From Haliotis cracherodii (lineage: Eukaryota), in assembly GCF_022045235.1 (NCBI RefSeq), contig NW_027266270.1:9424001-9488000 (forward strand): 64,000 bases of DNA. The letters run 5' to 3'. Positions 36,332 to 50,963 of the stretch are shown here, piece after piece. The notes below the pieces were generated by a model. The model was given only the letters and a program-made list of their open reading frames with translations. It did not search any database and was not told the DNA's origin. Within the stretch, counting starts at the first letter, position 1, and every line of letters starts with the position of its first letter. A program made the position numbers and the translations under genes.

Positions 36332-37783
36332 TCATCTGGTTACACACGACAGCTGGAAAAGAGTAAAGTATCCAAAATTAGAACAGCAATAAAGACTATT
36401 TGATCATCTAATATTCGAAGTTCTTTGCAGTCTATATTTATCAATCCCTTAAAAATCATTCGGTTCCTTGAAATGTTCCTCAACCAAATCAATTACATAT
36501 ACGTTTATCATGCGTGTGGCCCAAGTGTGGTCAATGCCAAGAGCATCTCAAGCTACATACCTGGCAGATGAGTTTCTGTGCTGGTCGTTTATGTTGGTAG
36601 GTCCAGGCTAAATCCAGAAGGGCTAGACCATGTCCCTGACTTTGACATCTCTGGATAAACTGCATACAGGCCGTTCGTAGGTCGGAGAATCCAAATTCCA
36701 CAGATGCACAGAGTAATCCTGAAAGAACCGAGGACATATTGTAATGTGTTTGATAAAATATTATCATGAAGGTGAAGTTCATGTTATGGATAATTGTGTG
36801 TGTTTCGCGCATGTGTCATCACGATTAGTGGAATGGCCATACTTTTGTGTTGAAATGAATATCCCAGTTAAACAAATGAAGATAGTACTTACCAATCACA
36901 TTGTTAAAACCGATGTTAGCTTTCCCTGAGTGGACGAATTTGAGAAACGCCTGAAAGTCTCCAATCTGGTAGTCAGGAATGGTGATGGTGAGTTTCTGTG
37001 AAAAGGGTGAGTCTTTGATCTTTTTGGTCTTGGGTCGCTCAACGGAGGACTGTTTCTGATGTTGAAGCAAAAGCTGATACATGTACCTAGAGAAAAGAAA
37101 GAAAAAATTGAAGACGATATTTAAACACAAACAGTCCAAAAATTGTTCCCATGTTGAGTACATTCACAGGGTATAAGAGCCAAATGTACTCTACTTAAAC
37201 ATACACTTATTATTGTTCTGACCTTTTTAATGGATTATTGTTTTGTAGAATATCTTACCTGCTTCGTGTAGCCATTATGGCTTTGACTCCATGAACAGGA
37301 GCCTTCTCCTTCCCAACGAGAAAGGTGACGTCACACATCTCTGGCATGTTTAGGATGAGGGAGAGACTGTCCTGTAAGTCCCCTGTGCTTTTAAGCATCA
37401 TGACGTCACCCCGACCGGAGGACTGTGAGGGGTGAGAGCTGGATTGGCTGAAAGATCTTGACTTCGAGGTCGTGCTGACGCCTTCATCAGAGGAGTAGTC
37501 GCTTGAGTCATAGCCTGAAGAGGTACCTTCAGCTGGAATAAGAAAACAAATCAGTTATGAAATAATATTTCATTTGTTGCAAATGTTAGTAAAGCTGAGT
37601 GTTGTTTCATGAACAAAATGTGTCCTTGAAATATACTTTGAAAAAACCATCAAGGAATTATTATCCTGATGTGATAAAAGTGAATAATGCAAATGTCTCA
37701 CCGTCTGCGTCATGACCAGTGTGGTCAATAGTTTCCATGGCCGAAGAGTCCAGAAGACAAAGTCGGGAATCGTAATGATTCAT
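36332..37783 (-). CDS. BTB/POZ gene copy 8 (5 exons)
   Basis: Same exon structure; Q159. Confidence 0.88.
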
Positions 37784-40725
37784 GTTACTTGTTGTTAGAT
37801 CTTATTGATAATGAAAGACAGAACTGATATTTGGTTAAACTCGGCGAATCTAAAGATCTAAGTATGTATCTCGATGTAATGTTTCCAAGATTGGAATGCC
37901 TTCTTCCTCTACCAGACCAGCTTTATACCTTTGCGTATCACAACACAAATGACAGAGTCATTACTACAACTACATGTCAGGATTAAGTCAATGTTGACAC
38001 GAAGGCTTCAGCTTAGCACATTTTGCTAGTGGCACGTGCTGCACTTGTTAATGAGCTGACATCACGTGACCAATCTAAGAATAAGTGTTCTACGGTAATG
38101 TCGTCTGTTGTCAAAACACCGAGATAATAGAGTTTGGGTGATGATGTGTTTCGGGTGTTTGATTATTTAAGGATTTACGATATACGTGTTCATTTGTCGG
38201 TGATAAATGGTATTGTGTTATTAAGGATCCATTTGGAGTCAAGTTATGTTTAATGCGAGTGGAACTTTTAGATGCTAATGATGTAAATGTAGTAACGGTA
38301 TGTTGATGGAATTATACATTATCTACCTGTATACGTACGTGAATTATTTGCACTTGAAATATAAATGTCTAGCGTTATAGATTCCACTCACTGAAAACAG
38401 CCATTGTGATTTCCTTATTGAAATAAAATTGAACTAAAATAGTTCTGTTATTGAACAGTGTATAAATATATAACTGATCTTTTTTGTTTCAATTTTTTCA
38501 AGTGCAAGTGTGATATGACAACAAAGTTAGAGTGTCAAATGATTTTTTATTGTTCATGTGTGCAAATGACACCCTGCTATTTCAATAAAATTTGTGTCAG
38601 CCAAAGTCATTTCATCGTGTCATTCGTCAAACAAACAGTTTGCTGAACTGAACTTTATTGTACTCCGGATTACTCGTGACACATAACCACATCATTTGGG
38701 ATTGAGCGGAGGCGCAGCGATTTGTTGAGTTGAGGGCTTGGCTATAGATGATATGCACAGTGAGGAGTATTGTTTAATCATAAATTGAATGTGTGATTGT
38801 ACGATTGCTGATAGATGTTGTAGACAAGCTAGTCAAGTGGTACATGTTTTTTAAACAAATTGATTGGCAATCAAGGCGCTTTGATGAACAATCTTCCAAC
38901 GTGTCACATATAACTAGAACCTTTGAAAACACAAAGACCACGTGCACATTATCAGGAAATGGCACATGAGACTTGTAGTGATGACATTATTGACACACAT
39001 GGTCCGCTCTGACTTCCGAAAAGCCAGAGACAGTTGCCAGTGACATGAAATGGTTCTGAGACAATAATGTCAATACATGTTTCCTTTGTTATTTCCAGCA
39101 TTTGCTACAATAGATTCTGCCACGCAATGCATTCGCGACTACGATTAGCTTGTAGTGATCTCAGCTTACACAAAGCTCATAGAATGATTTCAAATAAGTC
39201 ATCCTGCTCTTGTGGCGCTACTTGCGAAACTACAACTCATTATTTATTTGGATGTCAATATTAGTACACACATAGAAATAATATGTTTGTTATCCAATTG
39301 GATACGATCTTGTGACCGTAAGATCCTAAGTGGAATATGGAAATGTTGCAAAAATCGGTAAGTAAAAGGGTAGATTTCATTCAGTCTGTGCATCGTTACA
39401 TCTGTCACATTAAATGAAGCAATTAGGGTTCATTGTTCAAACACATACTAGTATCTTATAAGCAAAACCTTCCATTGTTGAGTCGTGTTATTGAATTAAC
39501 ATCTGAATGCCAGGCTATATGTGCTTCCTATGAAATCACAGCTCATACACTGATATCCCGTGCAGAATAGCTTGTAATGGATTGGCATCAACATAAGACA
39601 TGGGCTTGTTTTCCAATCCAGTTTGATTTCAAGCAATAATTTTATTTCAACCATTCTCAAATAATCATTTACGTAAAGCCTAAGAAAAGCTTCAACTTTC
39701 CACACTTTCTAATTATGGTTACATGCACTCTCAGAAAAAAACAACTCTTTAGTGTTGTATTGTCTCAGACGTACGTTTGAAATATCAAAGATCATTAAAA
39801 TTTACATGTGCAACATACGTTACACCTAATTATATACAAATGAGCTAATGACATTAACATGCGTGTTCAAGTTCTTTTTACCACGAAAGCTCTTTGCAGA
39901 TACAGTTGACAACAATGTGTCCTTTATTAATGAGATAAAATATGCAGTATTTCAGCTAAATATGGAAGGAAAGCCGCAAATGGCGTACAACTTCTAAATC
40001 TAGATTCAAACCAACAAACACTGGATTCTGGACGCAACTGTGCATACAGAAATGCGGTGGTCGAGGCCACACATGTCAACAATGAAAATGAATGGATATG
40101 TATTTGGTATTTTTGTAACATTTTATTTTTTAGAAAAAAATCGTAATTCTGATTAAATCGCAGTTCCTGTAATGCTCAGTTGAAATAATATATGATAATA
40201 CATGTTCTTGAATGTATTGTATCTGTTCATTGTTACAACATAAACTGTCACCATGCAAGCAATGTGGAAATGTAAAACTTAAACAGGTTCATATTTTCTG
40301 CCAATACTGTTTAATGAACATAGTAATACATAACATGTGTCGCTATTTTTATACATTCACACTGACACTGGCAAGGAACATAAGTACGATGACACTGTTA
40401 AGTACTTGTCGGTATGCTTTGTTCCTTCACATTAACAACAACGTACAATGTGCAAGTCAAGAATCATGTTTGACAATGCTATTGTCTTCACACACAGAGT
40501 GTCTTGGTGACTTTATCTTCGTCTTCGTCAACCACAGCTTTGTGACGCTCTAAACGTTATGGGACTGAGCGACAGTGACTGGTGTCTTCTTCTTCATTTC
40601 GTCGTCTTCGTCATCTTGAACAACAGGCTTGCTGCTGTTGGTTCATCCTCTCGTTGGGAACAGAGAATGTAGTGTGGATATTGATCCTACTGTTGGGAAC
40701 CTTCATGTAAGCTCGGTTGCGGTTT

Positions 40726-42177
40726 TCATCTGGTTACACACGACAGCTGGAAAAGAGTAAAGTATCCAAAATTAGAACAGCAATAAAGACTATTTGATCA
40801 TCTAATATTCGAAGTTCTTTGCAGTCTATATTTATCAATCCCTTAAAAATCATTCGGTTCCTTGAAATGTTCCTCAACCAAATCAATTACATATACGTTT
40901 ATCATGCGTGTGGCCCAAGTGTGGTCAATGCCAAGAGCATCTCAAGCTACATACCTGGCAGATGAGTTTCTGTGCTGGTCGTTTATGTTGGTAGGTCCAG
41001 GCTAAATCCAGAAGGGCTAGACCATGTCCCTGACTTTGACATCTCTGGATAAACTGCATACAGGCCGTTCGTAGGTCGGAGAATCCAAATTCCACAGATG
41101 CACAGAGTAATCCTGAAAGAACCGAGGACATATTGTAATGTGTTTGATAAAATATTATCATGAAGGTGAAGTTCATGTTATGGATAATTGTGTGTGTTTC
41201 GCGCATGTGTCATCACGATTAGTGGAATGGCCATACTTTTGTGTTGAAATGAATATCCCAGTTAAACAAATGAAGATAGTACTTACCAATCACATTGTTA
41301 AAACCGATGTTAGCTTTCCCTGAGTGGACGAATTTGAGAAACGCCTGAAAGTCTCCAATGTGGTAGTCAGGAATGGTGATGGTGAGTTTCTGTGAAAAGG
41401 GTGAGTCTTTGATCTTTTTGGTCTTGGGTCGCTCAACGGAGGACTGTTTCTGATGTTGAAGCAAAAGCTGATACATGTACCTAGAGAAAAGAAAGAAAAA
41501 ATTGAAGACGATATTTAAACACAAACAGTCCAAAAATTGTTCCCATGTTGAGTACATTCACAGGGTATAAGAGCCAAATGTACTCTACTTAAACATACAC
41601 TTATTATTGTTCTGACCTTTTTAATGGATTATTGTTTTGTAGAATATCTTACCTGCTTCGTGTAGCCATTATGGCTTTGACTCCATGAACAGGAGCCTTC
41701 TCCTTCCCAACGAGAAAGGTGACGTCACACATCTCTGGCATGTTTAGGATGAGGGAGAGACTGTCCTGTAAGTCCCCTGTGCTTTTAAGCATCATGACGT
41801 CACCCCGACCGGAGGACTGTGAGGGGTGAGAGCTGGATTGGCTGAAAGATCTTGACTTCGAGGTCGTGCTGACGCCTTCATCAGAGGAGTAGTCGCTTGA
41901 GTCATAGCCTGAAGAGGTACCTTCAGCTGGAATAAGAAAACAAATCAGTTATGAAATAATATTTCATTTGTTGCAAATGTTAGTAAAGCTGAGTGTTGTT
42001 TCATGAACAAAATGTGTCCTTGAAATATACTTTGAAAAAACCATCAAGGAATTATTATCCTGATGTGATAAAAGTGAATAATGCAAATGTCTCACCGTCT
42101 GCGTCATGACCAGTGTGGTCAATAGTTTCCATGGCCGAAGAGTCCAGAAGACAAAGTCGGGAATCGTAATGATTCAT
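40726..42177 (-). CDS. BTB/POZ gene copy 9 (5 exons)
   Basis: Same exon structure; H159. Confidence 0.88.
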
Positions 42178-45119
42178 GTTACTTGTTGTTAGATCTTATT
42201 GATAATGAAAGACAGAACTGATATTTGGTTAAACTCGGCGAATCTAAAGATCTAAGTATGTATCTCGATGTAATGTTTCCAAGATTGGAATGCCTTCTTC
42301 CTCTACCAGACCAGCTTTATACCTTTGCGTATCACAACACAAATGACAGAGTCATTACTACAACTACATGTCAGGATTAAGTCAATGTTGACACGAAGGC
42401 TTCAGCTTAGCACATTTTGCTAGTGGCACGTGCTGCACTTGTTAATGAGCTGACATCACGTGACCAATCTAAGAATAAGTGTTCTACGGTAATGTCGTCT
42501 GTTGTCAAAACACCGAGATAATAGAGTTTGGGTGATGATGTGTTTCGGGTGTTTGATTATTTAAGGATTTACGATATACGTGTTCATTTGTCGGTGATAA
42601 ATGGTATTGTGTTATTAAGGATCCATTTGGAGTCAAGTTATGTTTAATGCGAGTGGAACTTTTAGATGCTAATGATGTAAATGTAGTAACGGTATGTTGA
42701 TGGAATTATACATTATCTACCTGTATACGTACGTGAATTATTTGCACTTGAAATATAAATGTCTAGCGTTATAGATTCCACTCACTGAAAACAGCCATTG
42801 TGATTTCCTTATTGAAATAAAATTGAACTAAAATAGTTCTGTTATTGAACAGTGTATAAATATATAACTGATCTTTTTTGTTTCAATTTTTTCAAGTGCA
42901 AGTGTGATATGACAACAAAGTTAGAGTGTCAAATGATTTTTTATTGTTCATGTGTGCAAATGACACCCTGCTATTTCAATAAAATTTGTGTCAGCCAAAG
43001 TCATTTCATCGTGTCATTCGTCAAACAAACAGTTTGCTGAACTGAACTTTATTGTACTCCGGATTACTCGTGACACATAACCACATCATTTGGGATTGAG
43101 CGGAGGCGCAGCGATTTGTTGAGTTGAGGGCTTGGCTATAGATGATATGCACAGTGAGGAGTATTGTTTAATCATAAATTGAATGTGTGATTGTACGATT
43201 GCTGATAGATGTTGTAGACAAGCTAGTCAAGTGGTACATGTTTTTTAAACAAATTGATTGGCAATCAAGGCGCTTTGATGAACAATCTTCCAACGTGTCA
43301 CATATAACTAGAACCTTTGAAAACACAAAGACCACGTGCACATTATCAGGAAATGGCACATGAGACTTGTAGTGATGACATTATTGATACACATGGTCCG
43401 CTCTGACTTCCGAAAAGCCAGAGACAGTTGCCAGTGACATGAAATGGTTCTGAGACAATAATGTCAATACATGTTTCCTTTGTTATTTCCAGCATTTGCT
43501 ACAATAGATTCTGCCACGCAATGCATTCGCGACTACGATTAGCTTGTAGTGATCTCAGCTTACACAAAGCTCATAGAATGATTTCAAATAAGTCATCCTG
43601 CTCTTGTGGCGCTACTTGCGAAACTACAACTCATTATTTATTTGGATGTCAATATTAGTACACACATAGAAATAATATGTTTGTTATCCAATTGGATACG
43701 ATCTTGTGACCGTAAGATCCTAAGTGGAATATGGAAATGTTGCAAAAATCGGTAAGTAAAAGGGTAGATTTCATTCAGTCTGTGCATCGTTACATCTGTC
43801 ACATTAAATGAAGCAATTAGGGTTCATTGTTCAAACACATACTAGTATCTTATAAGCAAAACCTTCCATTGTTGAGTCGTGTTATTGAATTAACATCTGA
43901 ATGCCAGGCTATATGTGCTTCCTATGAAATCACAGCTCATACACTGATATCCCGTGCAGAATAGCTTGTAATGGATTGGCATCAACATAAGACATGGGCT
44001 TGTTTTCCAATCCAGTTTGATTTCAAGCAATAATTTTATTTCAACCATTCTCAAATAATCATTTACGTAAAGCCTAAGAAAAGCTTCAACTTTCCACACT
44101 TTCTAATTATGGTTACATGCACTCTCAGAAAAAAACAACTCTTTAGTGTTGTATTGTCTCAGACGTACGTTTGAAATATCAAAGATCATTAAAATTTACA
44201 TGTGCAACATACGTTACACCTAATTATATACAAATGAGCTAATGACATTAACATGCGTGTTCAAGTTCTTTTTACCACGAAAGCTCTTTGCAGATACAGT
44301 TGACAACAATGTGTCCTTTATTAATGAGATAAAATATGCAGTATTTCAGCTAAATATGGAAGGAAAGCCGCAAATGGCGTACAACTTCTAAATCTAGATT
44401 CAAACCAACAAACACTGGATTCTGGACGCAACTGTGCATACAGAAATGCGGTGGTCGAGGCCACACATGTCAACAATGAAAATGAATGGATATGTATTTG
44501 GTATTTTTGTAACATTTTATTTTTTAGAAAAAAATCGTAATTCTGATTAAATCGCAGTTCCTGTAATGCTCAGTTGAAATAATATATGATAATACATGTT
44601 CTTGAATGTATTGTATCTGTTCATTGTTACAACATAAACTGTCACCATGCAAGCAATGTGGAAATGTAAAACTTAAACAGGTTCATATTTTCTGCCAATA
44701 CTGTTTAATGAACATAGTAATACATAACATGTGTCGCTATTTTTATACATTCACACTGACACTGGCAAGGAACATAAGTACGATGACACTGTTAAGTACT
44801 TGTCGGTATGCTTTGTTCCTTCACATTAACAACAACGTACAATGTGCAAGTCAAGAATCGTGTTTGACAATGCTATTGTCTTCACACACAGAGTGTCTTG
44901 GTGACTTTATCTTCGTCTTCGTCAACCACAGCTTTGTGACGCTCTAAACGTTATGGGACTGAGCGACAGTGACTGGTGTCTTCTTCTTCATTTCGTCGTC
45001 TTCGTCATCTTGAACAACAGGCTTGCTGCTGTTGGTTCATCCTCTCGTTGGGAACAGAGAATGTAGTGTGGATATTGATCCTACTGTTGGGAACCTTCAT
45101 GTAAGCTCGGTTGCGGTTT

Positions 45120-46571
45120 TCATCTGGTTACACACGACAGCTGGAAAAGAGTAAAGTATCCAAAATTAGAACAGCAATAAAGACTATTTGATCATCTAAT
45201 ATTCGAAGTTCTTTGCAGTCTATATTTATCAATCCCTTAAAAATCATTCGGTTCCTTGAAATGTTCCTCAACCAAATCAATTACATATACGTTTATCATG
45301 CGTGTGGCCCAAGTGTGGTCAATGCCAAGAGCATCTCAAGCTACATACCTGGCAGATGAGTTTCTGTGCTGGTCGTTTATGTTGGTAGGTCCAGGCTAAA
45401 TCCAGAAGGGCTAGACCATGTCCCTGACTTTGACATCTCTGGATAAACTGCATACAGGCCGTTCGTAGGTCGGAGAATCCAAATTCCACAGATGCACAGA
45501 GTAATCCTGAAAGAACCGAGGACATATTGTAATGTGTTTGATAAAATATTATCATGAAGGTGAAGTTCATGTTATGGATAATTGTGTGTGTTTCGCGCAT
45601 GTGTCATCACGATTAGTGGAATGGCCATACTTTTGTGTTGAAATGAATATCCCAGTTAAACAAATGAAGATAGTACTTACCAATCACATTGTTAAAACCG
45701 ATGTTAGCTTTCCCTGAGTGGACGAATTTGAGAAACGCCTGAAAGTCTCCAATGTGGTAGTCAGGAATGGTGATGGTGAGTTTCTGTGAAAAGGGTGAGT
45801 CTTTGATCTTTTTGGTCTTGGGTCGCTCAACGGAGGACTGTTTCTGATGTTGAAGCAAAAGCTGATACATGTACCTAGAGAAAAGAAAGAAAAAATTGAA
45901 GACGATATTTAAACACAAACAGTCCAAAAATTGTTCCCATGTTGAGTACATTCACAGGGTATAAGAGCCAAATGTACTCTACTTAAACATACACTTATTA
46001 TTGTTCTGACCTTTTTAATGGATTATTGTTTTGTAGAATATCTTACCTGCTTCGTGTAGCCATTATGGCTTTGACTCCATGAACAGGAGCCTTCTCCTTC
46101 CCAACGAGAAAGGTGACGTCACACATCTCTGGCATGTTTAGGATGAGGGAGAGACTGTCCTGTAAGTCCCCTGTGCTTTTAAGCATCATGACGTCACCCC
46201 GACCGGAGGACTGTGAGGGGTGAGAGCTGGATTGGCTGAAAGATCTTGACTTCGAGGTCGTGCTGACGCCTTCATCAGAGGAGTAGTCGCTTGAGTCATA
46301 GCCTGAAGAGGTACCTTCAGCTGGAATAAGAAAACAAATCAGTTATGAAATAATATTTCATTTGTTGCAAATGTTAGTAAAGCTGAGTGTTGTTTCATGA
46401 ACAAAATGTGTCCTTGAAATATACTTTGAAAAAACCATCAAGGAATTATTATCCTGATGTGATAAAAGTGAATAATGCAAATGTCTCACCGTCTGCGTCA
46501 TGACCAGTGTGGTCAATAGTTTCCATGGCCGAAGAGTCCAGAAGACAAAGTCGGGAATCGTAATGATTCAT
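45120..46571 (-). CDS. BTB/POZ gene copy 10 (5 exons)
   Basis: Same exon structure; H159. Confidence 0.88.
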
Positions 46572-49511
46572 GTTACTTGTTGTTAGATCTTATTGATAAT
46601 GAAAGACAGAACTGATATTTGGTTAAACTCGGCGAATCTAAAGATCTAAGTATGTATCTCGATGTAATGTTTCCAAGATTGGAATGCCTTCTTCCTCTAC
46701 CAGACCAGCTTTATACCTTTGCGTATCACAACACAAATGACAGAGTCATTACTACAACTACATGTCAGGATTAAGTCAATGTTGACACGAAGGCTTCAGC
46801 TTAGCACATTTTGCTAGTGGCACGTGCTGCACTTGTTAATGAGCTGACATCACGTGACCAATCTAAGAATAAGTGTTCTACGGTAATGTCGTCTGTTGTC
46901 AAAACACCGAGATAATAGAGTTTGGGTGATGATGTGTTTCGGGTGTTTGATTATTTAAGGATTTACGATATACGTGTTCATTTGTCGGTGATAAATGGTA
47001 TTGTGTTATTAAGGATCCATTTGGAGTCAAGTTATGTTTAATGCGAGTGGAACTTTTAGATGCTAATGATGTAAATGTAGTAACGGTATGTTGATGGAAT
47101 TATACATTATCTACCTGTATACGTACGTGAATTATTTGCACTTGAAATATAAATGTCTAGCGTTATAGATTCCACTCACTGAAAACAGCCATTGTGATTT
47201 CCTTATTGAAATAAAATTGAACTAAAATAGTTCTGTTATTGAACAGTGTATAAATATATAACTGATCTTTTTTGTTTCAATTTTTTCAAGTGCAAGTGTG
47301 ATATGACAACAAAGTTAGAGTGTCAAATGATTTTTTATTGTTCATGTGTGCAAATGACACCCTGCTATTTCAATAAAATTTGTGTCAGCCAAAGTCATTT
47401 CATCGTGTCATTCGTCAAACAAACAGTTTGCTGAACTGAACTTTATTGTACTCCGGATTACTCGTGACACATAACCACATCATTTGGGATTGAGCGGAGG
47501 CGCAGCGATTTGTTGAGTTGAGGGCTTGGCTATAGATGATATGCACAGTGAGGAGTATTGTTTAATCATAAATTGAATGTGTGATTGTACGATTGCTGAT
47601 AGATGTTGTAGACAAGCTAGTCAAGTGGTACATGTTTTTTAAACAAATTGATTGGCAATCAAGGCGCTTTGATGAACAATCTTCCAACGTGTCACATATA
47701 ACTAGAACCTTTGAAAACACAAAGACCACGTGCACATTATCAGGAAATGGCACATGAGACTTGTAGTGATGACATTATTGACACACATGGTCCGCTCTGA
47801 CTTCCGAAAAGCCAGAGACAGTTGCCAGTGACATGAAATGGTTCTGAGACAATAATGTCAATACATGTTTCCTTTGTTATTTCCAGCATTTGCTACAATA
47901 GATTCTGCCACGCAATGCATTCGCGACTACGATTAGCTTGTAGTGATCTCAGCTTACACAAAGCTCATAGAATGATTTCAAATAAGTCATCCTGCTCTTG
48001 TGGCGCTACTTGCGAAACTACAACTCATTATTTATTTGGATGTCAATATTAGTACACACATAGAAATAATATGTTTGTTATCCAATTGGATACGATCTTG
48101 TGACCGTAAGATCCTAAGTGGAATATGGAAATGTTGCAAAAATCGGTAAGTAAAAGGGTAGATTTCATTCAGTCTGTGCATCGTTACATCTGTCACATTA
48201 AATGAAGCAATTAGGGTTCATTGTTCAAACACATACTAGTATCTTATAAGCAAAACCTTCCATTGTTGAGTCGTGTTATTGAATTAACATCTGAATGCCA
48301 GGCTATATGTGCTTCCTATGAAATCACAGCTCATACACTGATATCCCGTGCAGAATAGCTTGTAATGGATTGGCATCAACATAAGACATGGGCTTGTTTT
48401 CCAATCCAGTTTGATTTCAAGCAATAATTTTATTTCAACCATTCTCAAATAATCATTTACGTAAAGCCTAAGAAAAGCTTCAACTTTCCACACTTTCTAA
48501 TTATGGTTACATGCACTCTCAGAAAAAACAACTCTTTAGTGTTGTATTGTCTCAGACGTACGTTTGAAATATCAAAGATCATTAAAATTTACATGTGCAA
48601 CATACGTTACACCTAATTATATACAAATGAGCTAATGACATTAACATGCCTGTTCAAGTTCTTTTTACCACGAAAGCTCTTTGCAGATACAGTTGACAAC
48701 AATGTGTCCTTTATTAATGAGATAAAATATGCAGTATTTCAGCTAAATATGGAAGGAAAGCCGCAAATGGCGTACAACTTCTAAATCTAGATTCAAACCA
48801 ACAAACACTGGATTCTGGACGCAACTGTGCATACAGAAATGCGGTGGTCGAGGCCACACATGTCAACAATGAAAATGAACGGATATGTATTTGGTATTTT
48901 TGTAACATTTTATTTTCTAAAAAAAATCGTAATTCTGATTAAATCGCAGTTCCTGTAATGCTCAGTTGAAATAATATATGATAATACATGTTCTTGAATG
49001 TATTGTATCTGTTCATTGTTACAACATAAACTGTCACCATGCAAGCAATGTGGAAATGTAAAACTTAAACAGGTTCATATTTTCTGCCAATACTGTTTAA
49101 TGAACATAGTAATACATAACATGTGTCGCTATTTTTATACATTCACACTGACACTGGCAAAGAACATAAGTACGATGACACTGTTAAGTACTTGTCGGTA
49201 TGCTTTGTTCCTTCACATTAACAACAACGTACAATGTGCAAGTCAAGAATCATGTTTGACAATGCTATTGTCTTCACACACAGAGTGTCTTGGTGACTTT
49301 ATCTTCGTCTTCGTCAACCACAGCTTTGTGACGCTCTAAACGTTATGGGACTGAGCGACAGTGACTGGTGTCTTCTTCTTCATTTCGTCGTCTTCGTCAT
49401 CTTGAACAACAGGCTTGCTGCTGTTGGTTCATCCTCTCGTTGGGAACAGAGAATGTAGTGTGGATATTGATCCTACTGTTGGGAACCTTCATGTAAGCTC
49501 GGTTGCGGTTT

Positions 49512-50963
49512 TCATCTGGTTACACACGACAGCTGGAAAAGAGTAAAGTATCCAAAATTAGAACAGCAATAAAGACTATTTGATCATCTAATATTCGAAG
49601 TTCTTTGCAGTCTATATTTATCAATCCCTTAAAAATCATTCGGTTCCTTGAAATGTTCCTCAACCAAATCAATTACATATACGTTTATCATGCGTGTGGC
49701 CCAAGTGTGGTCAATGCCAAGAGCATCTCAAGCTACATACCTGGCAGATGAGTTTCTGTGCTGGTCGTTTATGTTGGTAGGTCCAGGCTAAATCCAGAAG
49801 GGCTAGACCATGTCCCTGACTTTGACATCTCTGGATAAACTGCATACAGGCCGTTCGTAGGTCGGAGAATCCAAATTCCACAGATGCACAGAGTAATCCT
49901 GAAAGAACCGAGGACATATTGTAATGTGTTTGATAAAATATTATCATGAAGGTGAAGTTCATGTTATGGATAATTGTGTGTGTTTCGCGCATGTGTCATC
50001 ACGATTAGTGGAATGGCCATACTTTTGTGTTGAAATGAATATCCCAGTTAAACAAATGAAGATAGTACTTACCAATCACATTGTTAAAACCGATGTTAGC
50101 TTTCCCTGAGTGGACGAATTTGAGAAACGCCTGAAAGTCTCCAATGTGGTAGTCAGGAATGGTGATGGTGAGTTTCTGTGAAAAGGGTGAGTCTTTGATC
50201 TTTTTGGTCTTGGGTCGCTCAACGGAGGACTGTTTCTGATGTTGAAGCAAAAGCTGATACATGTACCTAGAGAAAAGAAAGAAAAAATTGAAGACGATAT
50301 TTAAACACAAACAGTCCAAAAATTGTTCCCATGTTGAGTACATTCACAGGGTATAAGAGCCAAATGTACTCTACTTAAACATACACTTATTATTGTTCTG
50401 ACCTTTTTAATGGATTATTGTTTTGTAGAATATCTTACCTGCTTCGTGTAGCCATTATGGCTTTGACTCCATGAACAGGAGCCTTCTCCTTCCCAACGAG
50501 AAAGGTGACGTCACACATCTCTGGCATGTTTAGGATGAGGGAGAGACTGTCCTGTAAGTCCCCTGTGCTTTTAAGCATCATGACGTCACCCCGACCGGAG
50601 GACTGTGAGGGGTGAGAGCTGGATTGGCTGAAAGATCTTGACTTCGAGGTCGTGCTGACGCCTTCATCAGAGGAGTAGTCGCTTGAGTCATAGCCTGAAG
50701 AGGTACCTTCAGCTGGAATAAGAAAACAAATCAGTTATGAAATAATATTTCATTTGTTGCAAATGTTAGTAAAGCTGAGTGTTGTTTCATGAACAAAATG
50801 TGTCCTTGAAATATACTTTGAAAAAACCATCAAGGAATTATTATCCTGATGTGATAAAAGTGAATAATGCAAATGTCTCACCGTCTGCGTCATGACCAGT
50901 GTGGTCAATAGTTTCCATGGCCGAAGAGTCCAGAAGACAAAGTCGGGAATCGTAATGATTCAT
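49512..50963 (-). CDS. BTB/POZ gene copy 11 (5 exons)
   Basis: Same exon structure; H159. Confidence 0.88.
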